The translations under genes were made by a program, and so were the position numbers. The notes under the pieces are model-generated. The model was not told where the DNA came from. It searched no databases and was given only the letters and a program-made list of their open reading frames with translations. A DNA stretch of 64,000 nt. It comes from Octopus vulgaris (lineage: Eukaryota). Shown in pieces: positions 12,850 through 27,714 of the stretch (position 1 is its first letter; every line of letters starts with the position of its first letter). The stretch lies in the NCBI GenBank assembly GCA_951406725.2, contig OX597816.1:44454001-44518000 (forward strand), read 5' to 3'.

Positions 12850-13263
12850 TATTTCTTTATTGTCCACAGGGGGCTAAACATAGAGGGGACAAACAAGGAC
12901 AAAGGGATTATGTCGATTACATCCACCCCAGTGCGTAAATGGTACTTATTTAACCAACCTCGAAAGGATGAAAGCCAAAGTCAACCTCGGCGGATTTTGA
13001 ACCTCAGAACGTAATGGCAGACGAAATACCTATTATTTTACTGCCCACAAAGGGCTAAACATACTGGGGACAAACAAGGACAGGCACACGGATTAAGTCG
13101 TTTACATCGACCCCAGTGCGTAACTGGTACTTAATTTATCGACCTCGAAAGGATGAAAGGCAAATCGACCTCGGCGGAATTTGAACTCAGAACATGAAGA
13201 CAGACGAAATACCGCTTAGCATTTTCGCCCGGCGTGCTAACGTTTCTGCCAACTCGCCGCCTT
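12850..13263 (-). mobile_element. Two tandem SINE family A copies
   Basis: Family A core twice; head ends at CTCGCCGCC 13262. Confidence 0.9.
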
Positions 13264-13627
13264 AACTCAATCAGAACTGTATTCGTTTCAATATTCTTTC
13301 AGTCAACCTCATGCATTAACTGGACCTCGAACATGTAAGAGCTCCTTTTTACACAGTTGTTTCATTCCTGTAGTCCTGCTGAAGCACTCCTTTGTCAGTT
13401 TTCTCGAAAAAAGAAAAAGATTAAACCATTACTTTTATTTTAATTCTAGTACCTATTGTATTTGTTCTTCTGTGCAACTGCTAATTTACGAGGACGAAAA
13501 TAAACTAACATTTGTTGTCAAGCAGTGGTAAACACAAAAAAACCACACAGATGAACAGGTACATGTAAATATATACATGCATACATACACGCGCGCACAC
13601 GTACATACATACATACATACATAAAAA

Positions 13628-13950
13628 AGTGACCCTCCGTCGTTTACGACGACGAGGGTTCCAGTTAATCTGATCAACGGAAAATCTTGCTAGTGAGATT
13701 ACCGTGCAAGTGACTGAGCACTCCACAGATACGCACACCCCGTCACATACTTCTCAGGGAGATTCAGCGTGACACAGAGTGTGACAAGGTTGGCGTCTTG
13801 AAATACAGGTACTACTCATTTTTGCCAACTGATAGGACTGGAGCGACGTGAGATAAAGTGTCTTGCTCAAGGACACAACGCGCCGCCGGGAATCGAACTC
13901 ATGACCCTATGATTGCGAGCCGTATACCCTAACCACTAAGCCATGCGCCT
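13628..13950 (-). mobile_element. tRNA-derived SINE family D
   Basis: Minus strand: GGCGCATGGCTTAGTGG A-box, GAGTTCGATTCCC B-box, then the TGTGTCCTTGAGCAAGACACTT conserved domain. Confidence 0.85.
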
Positions 13951-13956
13951 TCACAA

Positions 13957-14135
13957 CATACATACATACATACATACATACATACATACATACATACATA
14001 CATACATACATACATACATACTTACATACATACATACATATATACATACATACATACATAAATACATACATACATACATACATACATACATACATACATA
14101 CATACATACATACATACATACATACATACATACAC
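13957..14135. repeat. (CATA)n microsatellite
   Basis: Seen directly. Confidence 0.98.
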
Positions 14136-14464
14136 ATATACACATGTACATATATACACTATAGACTTCCACACGGTACGCCTCTACTGAATTTGCTCAC
14201 ACAAATCTATAATATACACTTGCCTAAGGTGTCGTGGCGTGGAGTGAGACTGAACCGTATTCCACGTGGTTATGAACTGAAGTTCTTACCCTCGATCTTT
14301 GCCTTTAATAGATTATAAATGATCGTAGGAATTGTGATTAAGGAAGAACAGGTTAGAAGATTTTCAGTTGAGAGAATACACTAGTGTGTTGCTGTTCCTT
14401 TGCAAGCATGATGATTTGAACTGCTTGTCTCAGTTTATTAACCACACAATATACTCTCTAAATA

Positions 14465-14780
14465 GAGGCGCAGTGGCCCAGTGGTTAGGGCAGCGGACCC
14501 GTGGTCGGAGGATCGCGGTTTCGATTCCCAGACCGGGCGTCGTGTGTGTTTATTGAGCGAAAACACCTAAAGCTCTACGAGGCTCCTGCAGGGGGTAGCG
14601 GCGACCCCTGTTGTACTCTTTCGCCCCAACTTTTTCTCACTATTTCTTCCTGTTTTTTGAGTAACGCTGCGATGGACTGGCGTCCCATCTAGCTGGGGTG
14701 GGGGAGAACACATACGTTATAGAAACCGAGAAACCGGGTCTACGATCCTGGGTAGGCTTGAAAAGGGCGCATAAATAAAA
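14465..14780 (+). mobile_element. tRNA-derived SINE family C with 14-bp target-site duplication
   Basis: GTGGCCCAGTGG A-box and GGTTTCGATTCCC B-box. TSD ATACTCTCTAAATA at 14451-14464 and 14781-14794. Confidence 0.9.
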
Positions 14781-15544
14781 ATACTCTCTAAATATTAGTG
14801 TTCACGGGCCTATATGTTCTAGCACTGGCGGATCTCTTGTAGTAGACAAAATTGATATTGAAAACAATCAATAAATTTTGGTTTTGATCACACTTGGATA
14901 TGTCGGTGCAGGGACAAGGGTATTTGGCACTATCACTATCAGAGCAGAAGGGCAAACGTTCGAGTTATCAGGTCTCTTGTCGTGCTTTATAGTTGCGAGA
15001 CTTAGACACTGCCCGGCCTTCTTAGGAGCTGCTTGATCTCCTTTTGGTACCAGAACGCTTCGCAGAACTATGATTTACCATTGATTGGATTTTATCTCTC
15101 ACCTAGAACTAAATTAAGAAACTGGGTTGCAGCCATTTACTTGTATGACTTGGCAGCCTCAGCTCAGACTGTTTGGTCATTTTGACTAATTTTCCGAGTT
15201 GTATCCTACGTATCCTACGTATCGTTTTAGCTTCTCTGAGAATCCGGATGAGTTGACGGTTCCTTTTGGTCGTAAGGATGCACGTAAGGATGCCCAGCGT
15301 GACCCGAGCAAATACCGACAAATGATGAATGCAGCAATGATGGAAGAGTAACGTGTTGCAGCGGTACATGCAGCCACAATTGATCTGAACGTTTATTCGT
15401 TACAGAAATGACAGTATCCGAATAACCAGAAAAATGGGTGGCTCTGAAGTAAATTCTAGTAATATATTCTTAATTTCATCTTTATTAAAGTTAATTCCAA
15501 CTGTTTATTATTTCAATAATATTTCATTCCTTCATAGAATAATA

Positions 15545-15832
15545 CTCTTTTACTCTTTTACTTGTTTCAGTCACTTTGACTGTGGCCATGCTGGAGCACC
15601 GCCTTTAGTCGAGCAAATCGACCCCAGGACTTATTCTTTGTAAGCCTAGTACTTATTCTATCGGTCTCATATATATATATATATACATATAAACGACGGG
15701 CTTCTTTCAGTTTCCGTCTACCAAATCCACTCACAAGTAGAAGACCCTTACCCAAGGTGCCACGCAGTGGAACTGAACCCGGAACTATGTGGTTTGTAAA
15801 GAAGCTACTTACCACACAGCCACTCCTACGCC
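15545..15832 (-). mobile_element. tRNA-derived SINE family B (CORE-like), internally deleted
   Basis: Reverse complement of GAGTGGCTGTGTGGTAAG...GGGTTCAGTTCC...ACCTTGGG, plus the family B tail. Confidence 0.85.
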
Positions 15833-16339
15833 TAATGTCGAATTTTTTTAAAGATCAAGAATAGAGAAATGAACGAAAATAGTCTCCAAATTCGCCTTTC
15901 AGTTTTTGCTTCCCCAATTACAGAATTATAGCTTAAAGATATCCTTTAAAATAGTTTTGAATTTAAAATGATATTGGTTATGAAAATAGAACAGAAGTAA
16001 TTAACAGAATCTTCAGAGCGTCAGAAAATATGCCCGCTGCACTTATTCCTGCACTTAGCATAGAAAGTTCAAATGCCGATGAAGTCAACTTAAACATCTC
16101 ATCATTTTTCTAAGTCGATCAAATAAAGTACCAACCAAGTGTATTGTCTTACACACTCTAGCCAAAAATACCTGGGTGACGGCAAAATTGTTTCAGTCGA
16201 AAAAATATGTAAGTTCAATTTCCTGAAGTCGGCAAAATATGTACCTGTTGAAGCACTGAAATCTATGTAATTCACTAACACCTTACAACCAAAAGTGCTA
16301 ACGTACCAACACTTTAAAAAAAATATTATTATCATTTAA

Positions 16340-16523
16340 GACGTCGCACAGTATCGTGTTGTTGTTGATTGAAAATATTGAGTCTACCGGACGTTTGTAC
16401 TGTTTGTCAAGTCACAACAAGGACCTAAGACTGACAGTGCTTTACGCAATATGCGTGGATATCCAAGTAATGCCGATTTTTGCAATACAACTAGATTGTA
16501 GGGTACTTCTAAAGTTTCCAGAT
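16340..16523 (-). mobile_element. R4/Dong-like non-LTR retrotransposon 3' fragment
   Basis: LETLEVPYNLVVLQKSALLGYPRILRKAL matches the LQK..LLGT..ILR C-terminus of REL-type elements. Confidence 0.65.
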
Positions 16524-16529
16524 TATTAG

Positions 16530-16872
16530 TAGTATTATTATGTTCATATACACGCAACAGATTAGACTGTTGGAAAAGAAATGAATCCTAACATCGGGCT
16601 ACAAGTAGCCTTAGATGCCACAAAACCTCCTATTGAGTTACAGCAAATAAACTTAGATGCCAAGAACCCTCCTAAGTATCCTAGCTGTCCCTAATAACAT
16701 TGCTTTCTGGAGCTGTACTAAAGTGGGTTTTATGCCTAATTCCTCTATATATCTGTTCAGATCTTTAGGGATAGTTCCCAATGTCTCTATAACTACTGGG
16801 ATACATTTTACCCGCACTTTCCACAGTCACTGTAATTCAATAGTTAGGTTCTGGTACTTTGTTATTTTTTCT
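16530..16872 (-). mobile_element. R4/Dong-like retrotransposon 3' fragment (end of REL endonuclease) abutting (TAA)n
   Basis: KITKYQNLTIELQ*LWKVRVKCIPVVIETLGTIPKDLNRYIEELGIKPTLVQLQKAMLLGTARILRRVLGI*. Confidence 0.85.
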
Positions 16873-16885
16873 ATTATTATTGTTA

Positions 16886-17006
<121 letters not shown>

Positions 17007-17018
17007 TATTATTATTAT

Positions 17019-17576
17019 TGAGTGAGAGAGCAGTGCATGCCATCAAAGTGATACTGGGGTAAAATATACGAAGCCCAATATACCCATCATGACTACCCGT
17101 CTGATATGGGTACACCAGGCACATGCATCACAACCATATGTGCACGACATGGTGATCTCATATCAAGATAAACAGCACATGACCTTGCTGGTGGGGCCCA
17201 GTTAGAATTTTCTTCAGGATGAGTAGCCCATCCCGCTCAAAAGGTCCCTAAATAAGGGTTGCTTAAGGATGTTGAAAGAACCACCCATGTTTCCAGAGGT
17301 GAATTATTCACACCCCAAAGAATCCCTCTCAACACATGGCTATGATGCTCCCCCACTACTTCTGCTCGTGGTCAGAGATGCACATATTGTCAGCCACTAA
17401 GGGACATGCTCAACTGGTTAAGGTCAAACAACTGACAAACAAATCTGTGGTATTGAGCAGAATATTTGCTGTAGCCCATCTTTTATACCAAGACAAAACA
17501 ATGTACATGATAACACTTCCAATCAGTTAAGATCAGAAGCCATGAGAGCCACTGCCTGGTACTGCATCAGGGCATC
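17019..17576. mobile_element. Non-coding ~557-bp element embedded in a (TTA)n array
   Basis: Complex sequence precisely bounded by (TTA)n at 16873-17018 and 17577-17679. No TIRs or recognisable ORF. Confidence 0.55.
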
Positions 17577-17942
<366 letters not shown>

Positions 17943-19263
17943 AGTTAGTGACATTATATAATCGAGAAATTTCCTAATTAAAATACTAAGTAGCATTTAG
18001 CTTCGTTACTCTAAGATCTGAGCTGTAGGGCCGCCGGCGTTACTTATGCCATTCGGTCTCGAAGGTTCAACAGTTAAGTATTCCTGTCGATTATATCGAC
18101 TACATCCTTCCCTAGATAGAACATGATGCCGAAATTAGAAATAATTTCTTTTAAAGAATTACGCTCTTTCCTATCCATTTTATACTTCTTTTAACGGATA
18201 TACTCGCAATAACAGGAGTCACGATGTCTCAATGAAAGAGAAAAAATAAGCGAAAAGGATTTTGCAAAGCTCGTAACTGACTCAATTTTTGATATCCGAG
18301 AAAGAACTTGAGTGGAAACAGTAGGTTTGTTTGGTTTCTATTTCAATTTATATTACAATAGCAAAAGTGTACCAGATAATACTGTACTCAATGGTAAATA
18401 GGAATGTATTTTATTTAGCCGTCTCAAAATACACTTTTACAATTAGATTTATATTTCAGTAGTAATATTTCAAAGAAGTATCTCCGTAAGAAGATAGTTA
18501 CACTGAATGTGTGAAAATTAGTCAGTTCATATACAATTATGACATGTATTGACTGCCTAGTATTTTAGTCAATGATCCAGATTATATTTCATACATGTTT
18601 TTATTGAACAGCAATAAAAAAAAATCAATAACAAGCAGACACAATGCAAAATTCTTTCAATTGCAGACTTCTGTTCTTTATTCGTTATTTCATTTCTTTG
18701 TATTATTTTATTTTCCTTTTTCTTGACATCAGCGTCTTCACGTGTCTTTGCGCCGATTTTGAAAATGATGCAGACGGCACAACGATCGACAGGCTATATC
18801 ATAGGTCGGATTCAATGCTTCAATTTTTTTTTTTTTTTTTTTTAGTTTACTTGAAACACATTTTTTATTTTAATCACTCCTGGGCTGAAAATTATCACCG
18901 CTTAAATTCTTCGAATTAACGGAAACGATTTTATGACTTAAGAAAATTATCATAAATATGTGTTATAAGAAAACATAGAAATACGTAACGAGGTTAACAA
19001 CTTCTGGTTTCGCATTTCAATTTGGCATCGCGTTACAAACGTCCTAGAGTGCTCTTAGAGAAGCTGCTTACATATTTGTTCAGCTGATGTTCCACTTTAT
19101 TTTGATATTAATATGTGAATATCCTGGTTTATTTAACATGCATGTTATCACGTGTCGAATACATTAAAATTTTATTATAGCCCTACATGCAGGTAAGCCA
19201 AATTTGCTCCAATAAAGTGAAAATATGTAATCGCCGTTATTTTTAACTTATTTCTTAAATCAT

Positions 19264-19410
19264 AGGCGCAGGAGTAACTATTTGGTAAGAAGCTTGCTTC
19301 CCAACCACATGGTTCCGGGTTCAGTCCTACTGTGTGGTACCTTGGACAAATGTCTTCGACTATAGACTCGAGTCGACCAAAATCTTGCGAGTAGATTTGT
19401 TAGACGGAAG
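19264..19410 (+). mobile_element. SINE family B, 5' part
   Basis: GGCGCAGGAGT..GGTAAGAAGCTTGC..CCGGGTTCAGTCC..ACCTTGGACAA. Confidence 0.85.
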
Positions 19411-20201
19411 CAGAATGCACGAAACTCACAGCTTTTGACTTACTCTCTAATTTCTGCCGATGATATATATACATATTACACATATGTGTAAAACATCTCA
19501 TCACGCAATCGAACCAATGAAAGAGCCTCTACCTGGCCTCTCGGCACGCTAAAAATAGCAACCAAAGTATCCCCCTACCTAAATCACACGTCCATTATAT
19601 GTAATGACCCAGATAATCCCTAAAAAGACGGTTTGCTGAAGGTTGGATTGTCTTCGATGATCAGTTGATTTGAGGCTAAATAACAACAACATTATTGTAA
19701 ATTTCTATATTAACACCCGCAAGATTTTCACTAAGAAAATACACAAAAACTTTGATTTTTGGGGTGGAATCAAGTACCCTGACATCGTAATATGCTGCAT
19801 ATCCCTTATTTTAATTCGGAAAAAATGAGGTGGGGGGTTCCCCCCAATCTCGGAAACAATGGAATTTTTTTTCGTTGACTGAATTCCTGTGACCTCCTAA
19901 TATTGCAAAATTTGGTTACTGAAGGTGAGCTTGGTAACTGATGGTTTTGAGATCTTGTTTGTAACTTTTGGTGAGCCATGGTGCAACCAACAACAAGGTA
20001 ACAATCTTTGCCATTAATTTGGTGTGGATGGGTAATATCAAATAATTCAATCACAACATATATTTAAATTGAACATGAAAAAAAATGAAATATTATCATC
20101 ACTTACATGGAAAAATTGAAATATTATCTTTCACTATTTTATAAGGTAAAATCTTAAATTATTAATTACCTTCTAACAGCAATGCCCGGAAAAATCATGG
20201 A

Positions 20202-20685
20202 TTACATGGGAAAATGTAAGCATGAAAAGTGATATTTTTAAGATTATAACCCTGGAAAAGTACAGGACAAATTATTACACATGTAAAAGTATAGGACAGG
20301 CTATTACTTCTAGTAAAGTAAAGAAAAAGAAACTTTTTGCTTAAAATATTGAAGCTAAATTTAAAATTTAAATATTAAAAATTATTTTATTATAGTTTAC
20401 AAATAACACTATACTTATTTAAGTAGAATTTGGCTATTTACTAGCTTAAATACAGAAAAAAATAACTAATACAACAAACTTGGAAATTAGCTGAACAGTT
20501 TTGTACAATAAATTTAAAAGATGTAGAAGAACTGGCATTATTTGCTGCAATATTTTAAGTAAAAAGTTTCTTATTCTTTACTTTACTAGAAGTAATAGCT
20601 TCTCCTACATTTTTACAGGTGTAATAACTTGTCCTGTACTTAATCTTAAGAATATTACTTTTCATGCTCGCATTTTTCCATGTAA
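20202..20685. repeat. Imperfect ~150-bp inverted repeat (MITE/foldback-like)
   Basis: 20202-20355 vs 20540-20685, e.g. CTATTACTTCTAGTAAAGTAAAGAA / TTCTTTACTTTACTAGAAGTAATAG. Confidence 0.75.
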
Positions 20686-20850
20686 ATAGATATCGTAAGA
20701 ACATTTCCTGCATCATCAAATTGTTCATACTATTTCCTCAGATCTTTCACTGACATCGCGTATTACCCACTCGATCACTGTCTATTGCCGCCTTTCTCTC
20801 TCTCTCCTTTTCTCTGCCTTTGTCTGTCTGTCCTTCTCTCTCTCTCTCTT

Positions 20851-20852
<2 letters not shown>

Positions 20853-20913
<61 letters not shown>

Positions 20914-20946
20914 ATGTATGTATATATAAATAAATATATATATGTG

Positions 20947-21016
<70 letters not shown>

Positions 21017-21081
21017 TATGCATATATATAAATATATACATACATACATATATATATATATATCAAATATATATGTAGATA

Positions 21082-21120
<39 letters not shown>

Positions 21121-21184
21121 AGGTTTATATAAATATATGCATGTACTCTTCCATACACATATATACATATGCGTATGTATATAT

Positions 21185-21215
<31 letters not shown>

Positions 21216-21284
21216 GATAGATTAACAGATATATAAAAAGATATATATATATATATTCATGTACTCTTAAATATATATATATAC

Positions 21285-21333
<49 letters not shown>

Positions 21334-21567
21334 AATATGTATATCTATATTTATTTGTATATATGTATATATATATGCATGCACACACACACACATATAT
21401 ATATATATTGATATAAATATTATGTTCGTTATATTCATGTAAATATCTTTTAATTTCGTTTACGGCAAACGTTTATATATCTATATATATATATATATAT
21501 ACACACATTCATACATACATGCATACATACATAGATACATACACACACACATTCATTCACTCACACT

Positions 21568-21611
<44 letters not shown>

Positions 21612-21640
21612 CATATATATATACACACACACACACACAC
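20853..21640. repeat. Compound TA/TG/CA/GATA microsatellite field
   Basis: Seen directly. Confidence 0.95.
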
Positions 21641-22101
21641 GCACATAAACATATTCGTTCCTAAAGTTTCACTTTCGTCCTGTTTATGATTATTTGTTTT
21701 GGAATGTTGCTTCGTTTTACTATAAAATGTTTGTAATTTTGTTTTGTTTTTCAAAAATGGATGGTTCTGAAAATTTGAATTCATATATGAATAATGGGTA
21801 GTTTCAATACGCCTGGTTAGTATGGGGTTGGATAGATAACGCATTTCAGTTCTCTTACTAACCAGAGATTTGCTTGCTTCAGAGAACAACGGGTATTCGG
21901 TAACTTGCTCTTAAATGCATTCCAAATTGTTGTCATACAGCCACATCGCTCAAACATATGGTTAACAGTAACCACACACACATTAATATATATTCACGGA
22001 TAAATGCATCAATGCATACATATATGCATTCATGCCTACAAATATAAATATTTAAGTACATACACACGCACACATATGCGTTCATACATACTTGAAAATC
22101 T

Positions 22102-22411
<310 letters not shown>

Positions 22412-23098
22412 CATTCTCACAAATTAAATACATGTTCATGAAGCAAGAGACAACCAATGTAAACAAACACAGCGACATGCAAAATACACACACACACATA
22501 TACACACTCACTGACACACACACACATGCATTAAAACCTGTGCAGGCATTGACACGCAAGCCCTCACATGTACGTCGAATACATAGTTTAATGAATTCTT
22601 GCTTGCCAATTGTGAGTAGAAGTAAAAACGAACAGGACATCTCTACTCGTTAATTTAACGGCATTAACATCCAGGATAGTGTAATAAGTTCACACACATA
22701 TACACATGTAATGAACCATATATGATTGGAAGTACGTACATAACAATACATACAGGCATACACGTAAATATACCCTCACTTATATTGATAGAAGAACCAA
22801 TACTAAGAAAAAAGAACAAAAAAAACCTGATGACAGCAGGCATTTAATATAAACAGACAAACACTTACAAAGATTTGGGTCTGCGTTTGTGTGTGTGTCT
22901 ATATACACACACACACACACAGACACACACATATGTATATATGTGTGTGCACATATATGCATACAAACATGCATATATATATATATATGCATATACTTAC
23001 ATAAAGGCATATATATATTTGTATATATACTTACATACATACATACATACATATATATATATATATACAGAGAGAGGGGGAGAGAGACAGACAGACAT

Positions 23099-23141
<43 letters not shown>

Positions 23142-23764
23142 CATACATACATACATACATACATACATACATACATACATACATACATACATACATACAT
23201 ACATACATACATACATACATACATACATACATACATACATACATACATACATAGATGGATTCATATATAAATATATAGTATGGATAGTGACATTGGAGCT
23301 TCTGCCAGCTGAGTCATCATCGACCTACATAGATGTGTTGGTGTGTGAGAGTACAATTTAAGGTGGAGACCTTGTAGAGTCCTTACGGCGCCGGTTAAAA
23401 TGGTTTGCAGCATGTAGTCCGTCATTACGTTCAAGTTCCGCTAAGGTTCACATTGTCTGTTATCCTTTGATGATCAATAAATTAATTTGAGCCCTAGATC
23501 AATGTAACCAACTTTTTCTTCCCTCGAAATTGCAGGCCTTGTGCCATGGTTTGAAACCAACATTCACACATAAACAGACAGACGTAAATATATACGTGTG
23601 TGTGTGTGTGTGTGTGTGTGTATTTTTCTGTGTACGTATACGTGTACGTGTTAGTGAGTAAAAAGATACCGATTAATACATTCTTCCTTCATGTGCATGC
23701 AGACACATAGAAAATGTATTACAAGTATACACACCCATATGTATGCATACACAAAGACACACAA

Positions 23765-23833
<69 letters not shown>

Positions 23834-23989
23834 TAATAGCGAAATTAGACATAGCTTTCGATTAATATATGTTATTATTTCCGATCATCTTACCATAGGG
23901 TGTATAAGTTAACAAGGTTTTTCGTGTGAATTATAATGATTTCAGTACAGTTTCTCTCCAATTAAAATTAACTGGAGTCATATGCATGC

Positions 23990-24066
23990 ATGTATGCGTA
24001 GAAATATTTATAATTATATGTAGAAATATATTTATACATATATGTAATCATGTATGTATATGTATG

Positions 24067-24107
<41 letters not shown>

Positions 24108-24249
24108 GCATATACACATACATGCATATATATATATATATATATATATACATGCATGCATACATACATACATACATACATACATGCATGATTACATATA
24201 TGTATAAATATATTTCTACATATAATTATAAATATTTCTACGCATACAT
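23990..24249. repeat. Foldback palindrome with 63-bp arms around TA/CATA repeats
   Basis: 23990-24052 is the reverse complement of 24187-24249. Confidence 0.9.
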
Positions 24250-24488
24250 ATATATATATATACATATATATATACATACATATATACATATATACATATA
24301 TATATACACATATATATATACACACATACATATATGTATATATATATATACATATATATATACATATATATATAAATGTATGTATATATATACACACATA
24401 GACACACACACATATATGTGTATTTATATAAGTATGTATATATTTATACACACACACTCACACACACACACTCACACATACACACACT

Positions 24489-24544
<56 letters not shown>

Positions 24545-24635
24545 CATACACAGAGAGAAATAGAGCGAGAGAGAGAGAGCGAGTGAGAGAGCGGCTGATA
24601 GCCAGACTGCGTGTGAAAGTGGACAGATAGATAGG

Positions 24636-24690
<55 letters not shown>

Positions 24691-24810
24691 GTAGGTAGGT
24701 AGGTAGGTAGGTAGGTAGGTAGGTAGGTAGGTAGGTAGGTAGGTAGGTAGGTAGGTAGGTAGGTAGGTAGGTAGGTAGGTAAGTAGGTAGGTAGGTAGGT
24801 ATGTAGGTAG
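24250..24810. repeat. TA/CA/GATA/GGTA microsatellites
   Basis: Seen directly. Confidence 0.95.
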
Positions 24811-25749
24811 ATAGAGTGTGTGTGAAGTGGTGTACAGATATTGTATATTGTTAAAAGAGGAGGCAGTCAGAATTTTGGATAATTCTTTATTAACTAATAA
24901 AGAAGCCACAGAAGTGGACCATGAAAGCCCACAGCAGATTAAGTATCAAAGCTGGAACTGGAAATTCACAACAACTATTTCTGTACCCTCCGTGTACATG
25001 AAGCTATGCAATTGGTGATATCCCGGTGTTACATATGCGACATCCTGAACGTCGCAATCAAACAGCTACAAGAGGATGCACTAACGTGTGCTTGATGAGA
25101 GATGGCTATAAGCTTTCTCACCTTAACTACATCTATACCCCTAAAACTACGGAGGTATCAGTATTTCATTCTGGCGGATGCCTATGCATGCATATGTGTG
25201 TTTGAGCAATTTTATTTGAAATAAAGTGTTATTTAACTTAAACCGTAGTTTTAAAGGCTTGGTTCTTAGTACAGCTGTACGAGTAAGTGATTTAATAAAG
25301 AACACTAACTATATAATCTATACCATCTCTAATTTTTCTTTCGTTGATCGTGAGAGTAACGTCCCTTATGGAAGCTGATATAAGTTTCTTTGCGACAGCC
25401 TAGTCAAAGCACTTTGATCTGTTTTACGATGCTTAAGCAATTTCTGACATACCAAATAGGTGGTAGAGGTATCTCCTTTGTATTCTGATTTCCAGAATTG
25501 CATTCAAAATGCTGTTCTGTTTTGTAGGTGGTAACAACAGAATGAACTGCTTTGCTGAACTAGCGGACTTTCGAAAGAGTACTCTATAAGCCCTATGGAA
25601 TTTTTTTGATATGTTGTCGGTGTATATACCAGCATGGCTGACAATGACTTTCTCTAAGATATTGAACTTTACGGGGAATACTTCTTTAACTTCACCTTTT
25701 CTACTATATTTTCTGCTATATTTGCAATATTTTGGGGGATTATATAATG

Positions 25750-26350
25750 CAGTGAGTTAGCAGATTCGGGTAAAATGCTCATCGGTATTTCGTCCGGCCA
25801 TAAGTTCTGAATTCAAATTCCGCCCACGTCGACTGCCATCCATTCCACCACGACAACCGCTGCCTTCGGGGTGAAAGTACCAGTGGAGGACTGGCGTCGA
25901 TATAATCGACTTACTCCTGCCCCAAATTTCCGGCCTTCTACTCTAGGCGGCGAGCTAACAAAGGAGACGAGCTGGCAGAAACGTTAGCACGCTGGGCAAA
26001 ATGCTTTGCGGTATTTCGTCCGCCGCTGCGTTCTGAGTACAAATTCCACCGAAGTCAACTTTGCCTTTCATCCTTTCGGGGTCGATAAATTAAGTACCAG
26101 TTGCGCACTGGGGTCGATGTAATCGACTTAATTCGTTTGTCTGTCCTTGTTTGTCCTCTCTGTGTTTAGCCCCTTCTAGGTAGTAAAGAAATAGGCATTT
26201 CGTCTGTCGCTACGTTCTGATTTCAAATTCCGCGCAAGTCGACTTTGACTTTCATCTTTTCGGGCTCGGTCAATTACATTGGGATCGATGTAATCGACTA
26301 GATCCCTTCCACCAAATTTCAGGCCTTGTGCCTTTAGTAGAAAGGGTTAT
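25750..26350 (+). mobile_element. Cluster of about 3 SINE family A copies
   Basis: Repeated family A head and core. Confidence 0.85.
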
Positions 26351-26441
26351 CATTATTATTATTATGTTTAGTAGTAGTAGTAGTAGTAGTAGTAGTAGCA
26401 GTAGTAGTAGTAGCAGCAGCAGCAGCAGCAGAAGCAGCAAC

Positions 26442-26486
<45 letters not shown>

Positions 26487-27714
26487 TGTAGTAGGCCAGA
26501 GCGAATGAATTATGATGGTGAGGATTAAGACAACGAGAAAATGAGGAGGGATGACAGGAGAGTGTAGATGGGTATGTAGAAGGTAGATAGGAAAACAGCA
26601 TCCACACAACACCGAATAAAGAACAACAACAACAATAACAAAAGATACACCAACAAGGAATATAATTTCACAAAATGGAACGAAGAAGAAGATTAACTGT
26701 AAGAAACACAAACGTATCATTTAATTGAAAATGTTTTGAATTTAATGAGAAATAAGTAGTTTTTAATGTCTCTATATCAACTTTCTCTTATACAAAACTT
26801 CTAATTTTATCTGTTTTAGCTCCATTGTCTCCTTAGAATAATTTTCTAATCACTGATAATTAATTCTGAAGTACTTAAATGAAATTTAGATAGGAACTCT
26901 CTCTCTCCACAGCACACTTGTTAATAACGGATCATTCAGAATGAAGGAGATATTATAGACGTGAACTTCTCATCAGTATATTCAACTGAATGTAGTATAA
27001 TCTGAAAGACTAACTTTCCCAACCACATTATGAAAATTATTAAGGAGAGAATTTACTTTATAAGATGTAATGCTTCTTCTATTCCTCACGAGGTCAAATA
27101 TCCTTTATATAATATCATAAACAAGTAATCTTTAACCAATACATCAACCAGCTTAACATTCGCATCTCACAACATTTAAAAATATTGGTTTAACCAGAAA
27201 TTCCATTGACAATGTACGCATCAAGATCTTGTCTTTCCTTCAATGATTGCTTATTTCGATTTACTCCTCTGTTGAACATCATTTTGAAAGCATTAATAAA
27301 ATTTCAGAATTTCAAACCAGTAAATTACATTCCTTTTAGAAGGAAGGAAAACTTCACCAAAATCAATCAGTTTCCATTGATTGTGTTGAATATAAAATGC
27401 TGGATCCAAAAATCATATCTTCCCTTTGAATGACATCCAAATTATGTCTTTATTCCCTGACCTATCTCTTTATTCCCTGTCTTTATTCCTATGTCTTTAT
27501 TCCCTGACCTATCCGTGAGTAAATGTTTCAGGTTTAATCCAGTATCATATGGTTACTTCTACAGCAAATAGACATTTACTCAATAGAATGTTTAATTCAC
27601 TTTAAACCTCCAGAAAAGTATTCACTTCTGCTACTCTTGTGCAACATATTCTAAACCAAAGATCTTAGGCTATTACATACTACAAAGATACTAAATTCCC
27701 AAAAGCAGTATAGT

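Noticed and set aside
24850-25200. Possible Penelope GIY-YIG tail (ILD...KEATEV)
   Set aside because: Too short and degenerate to support.
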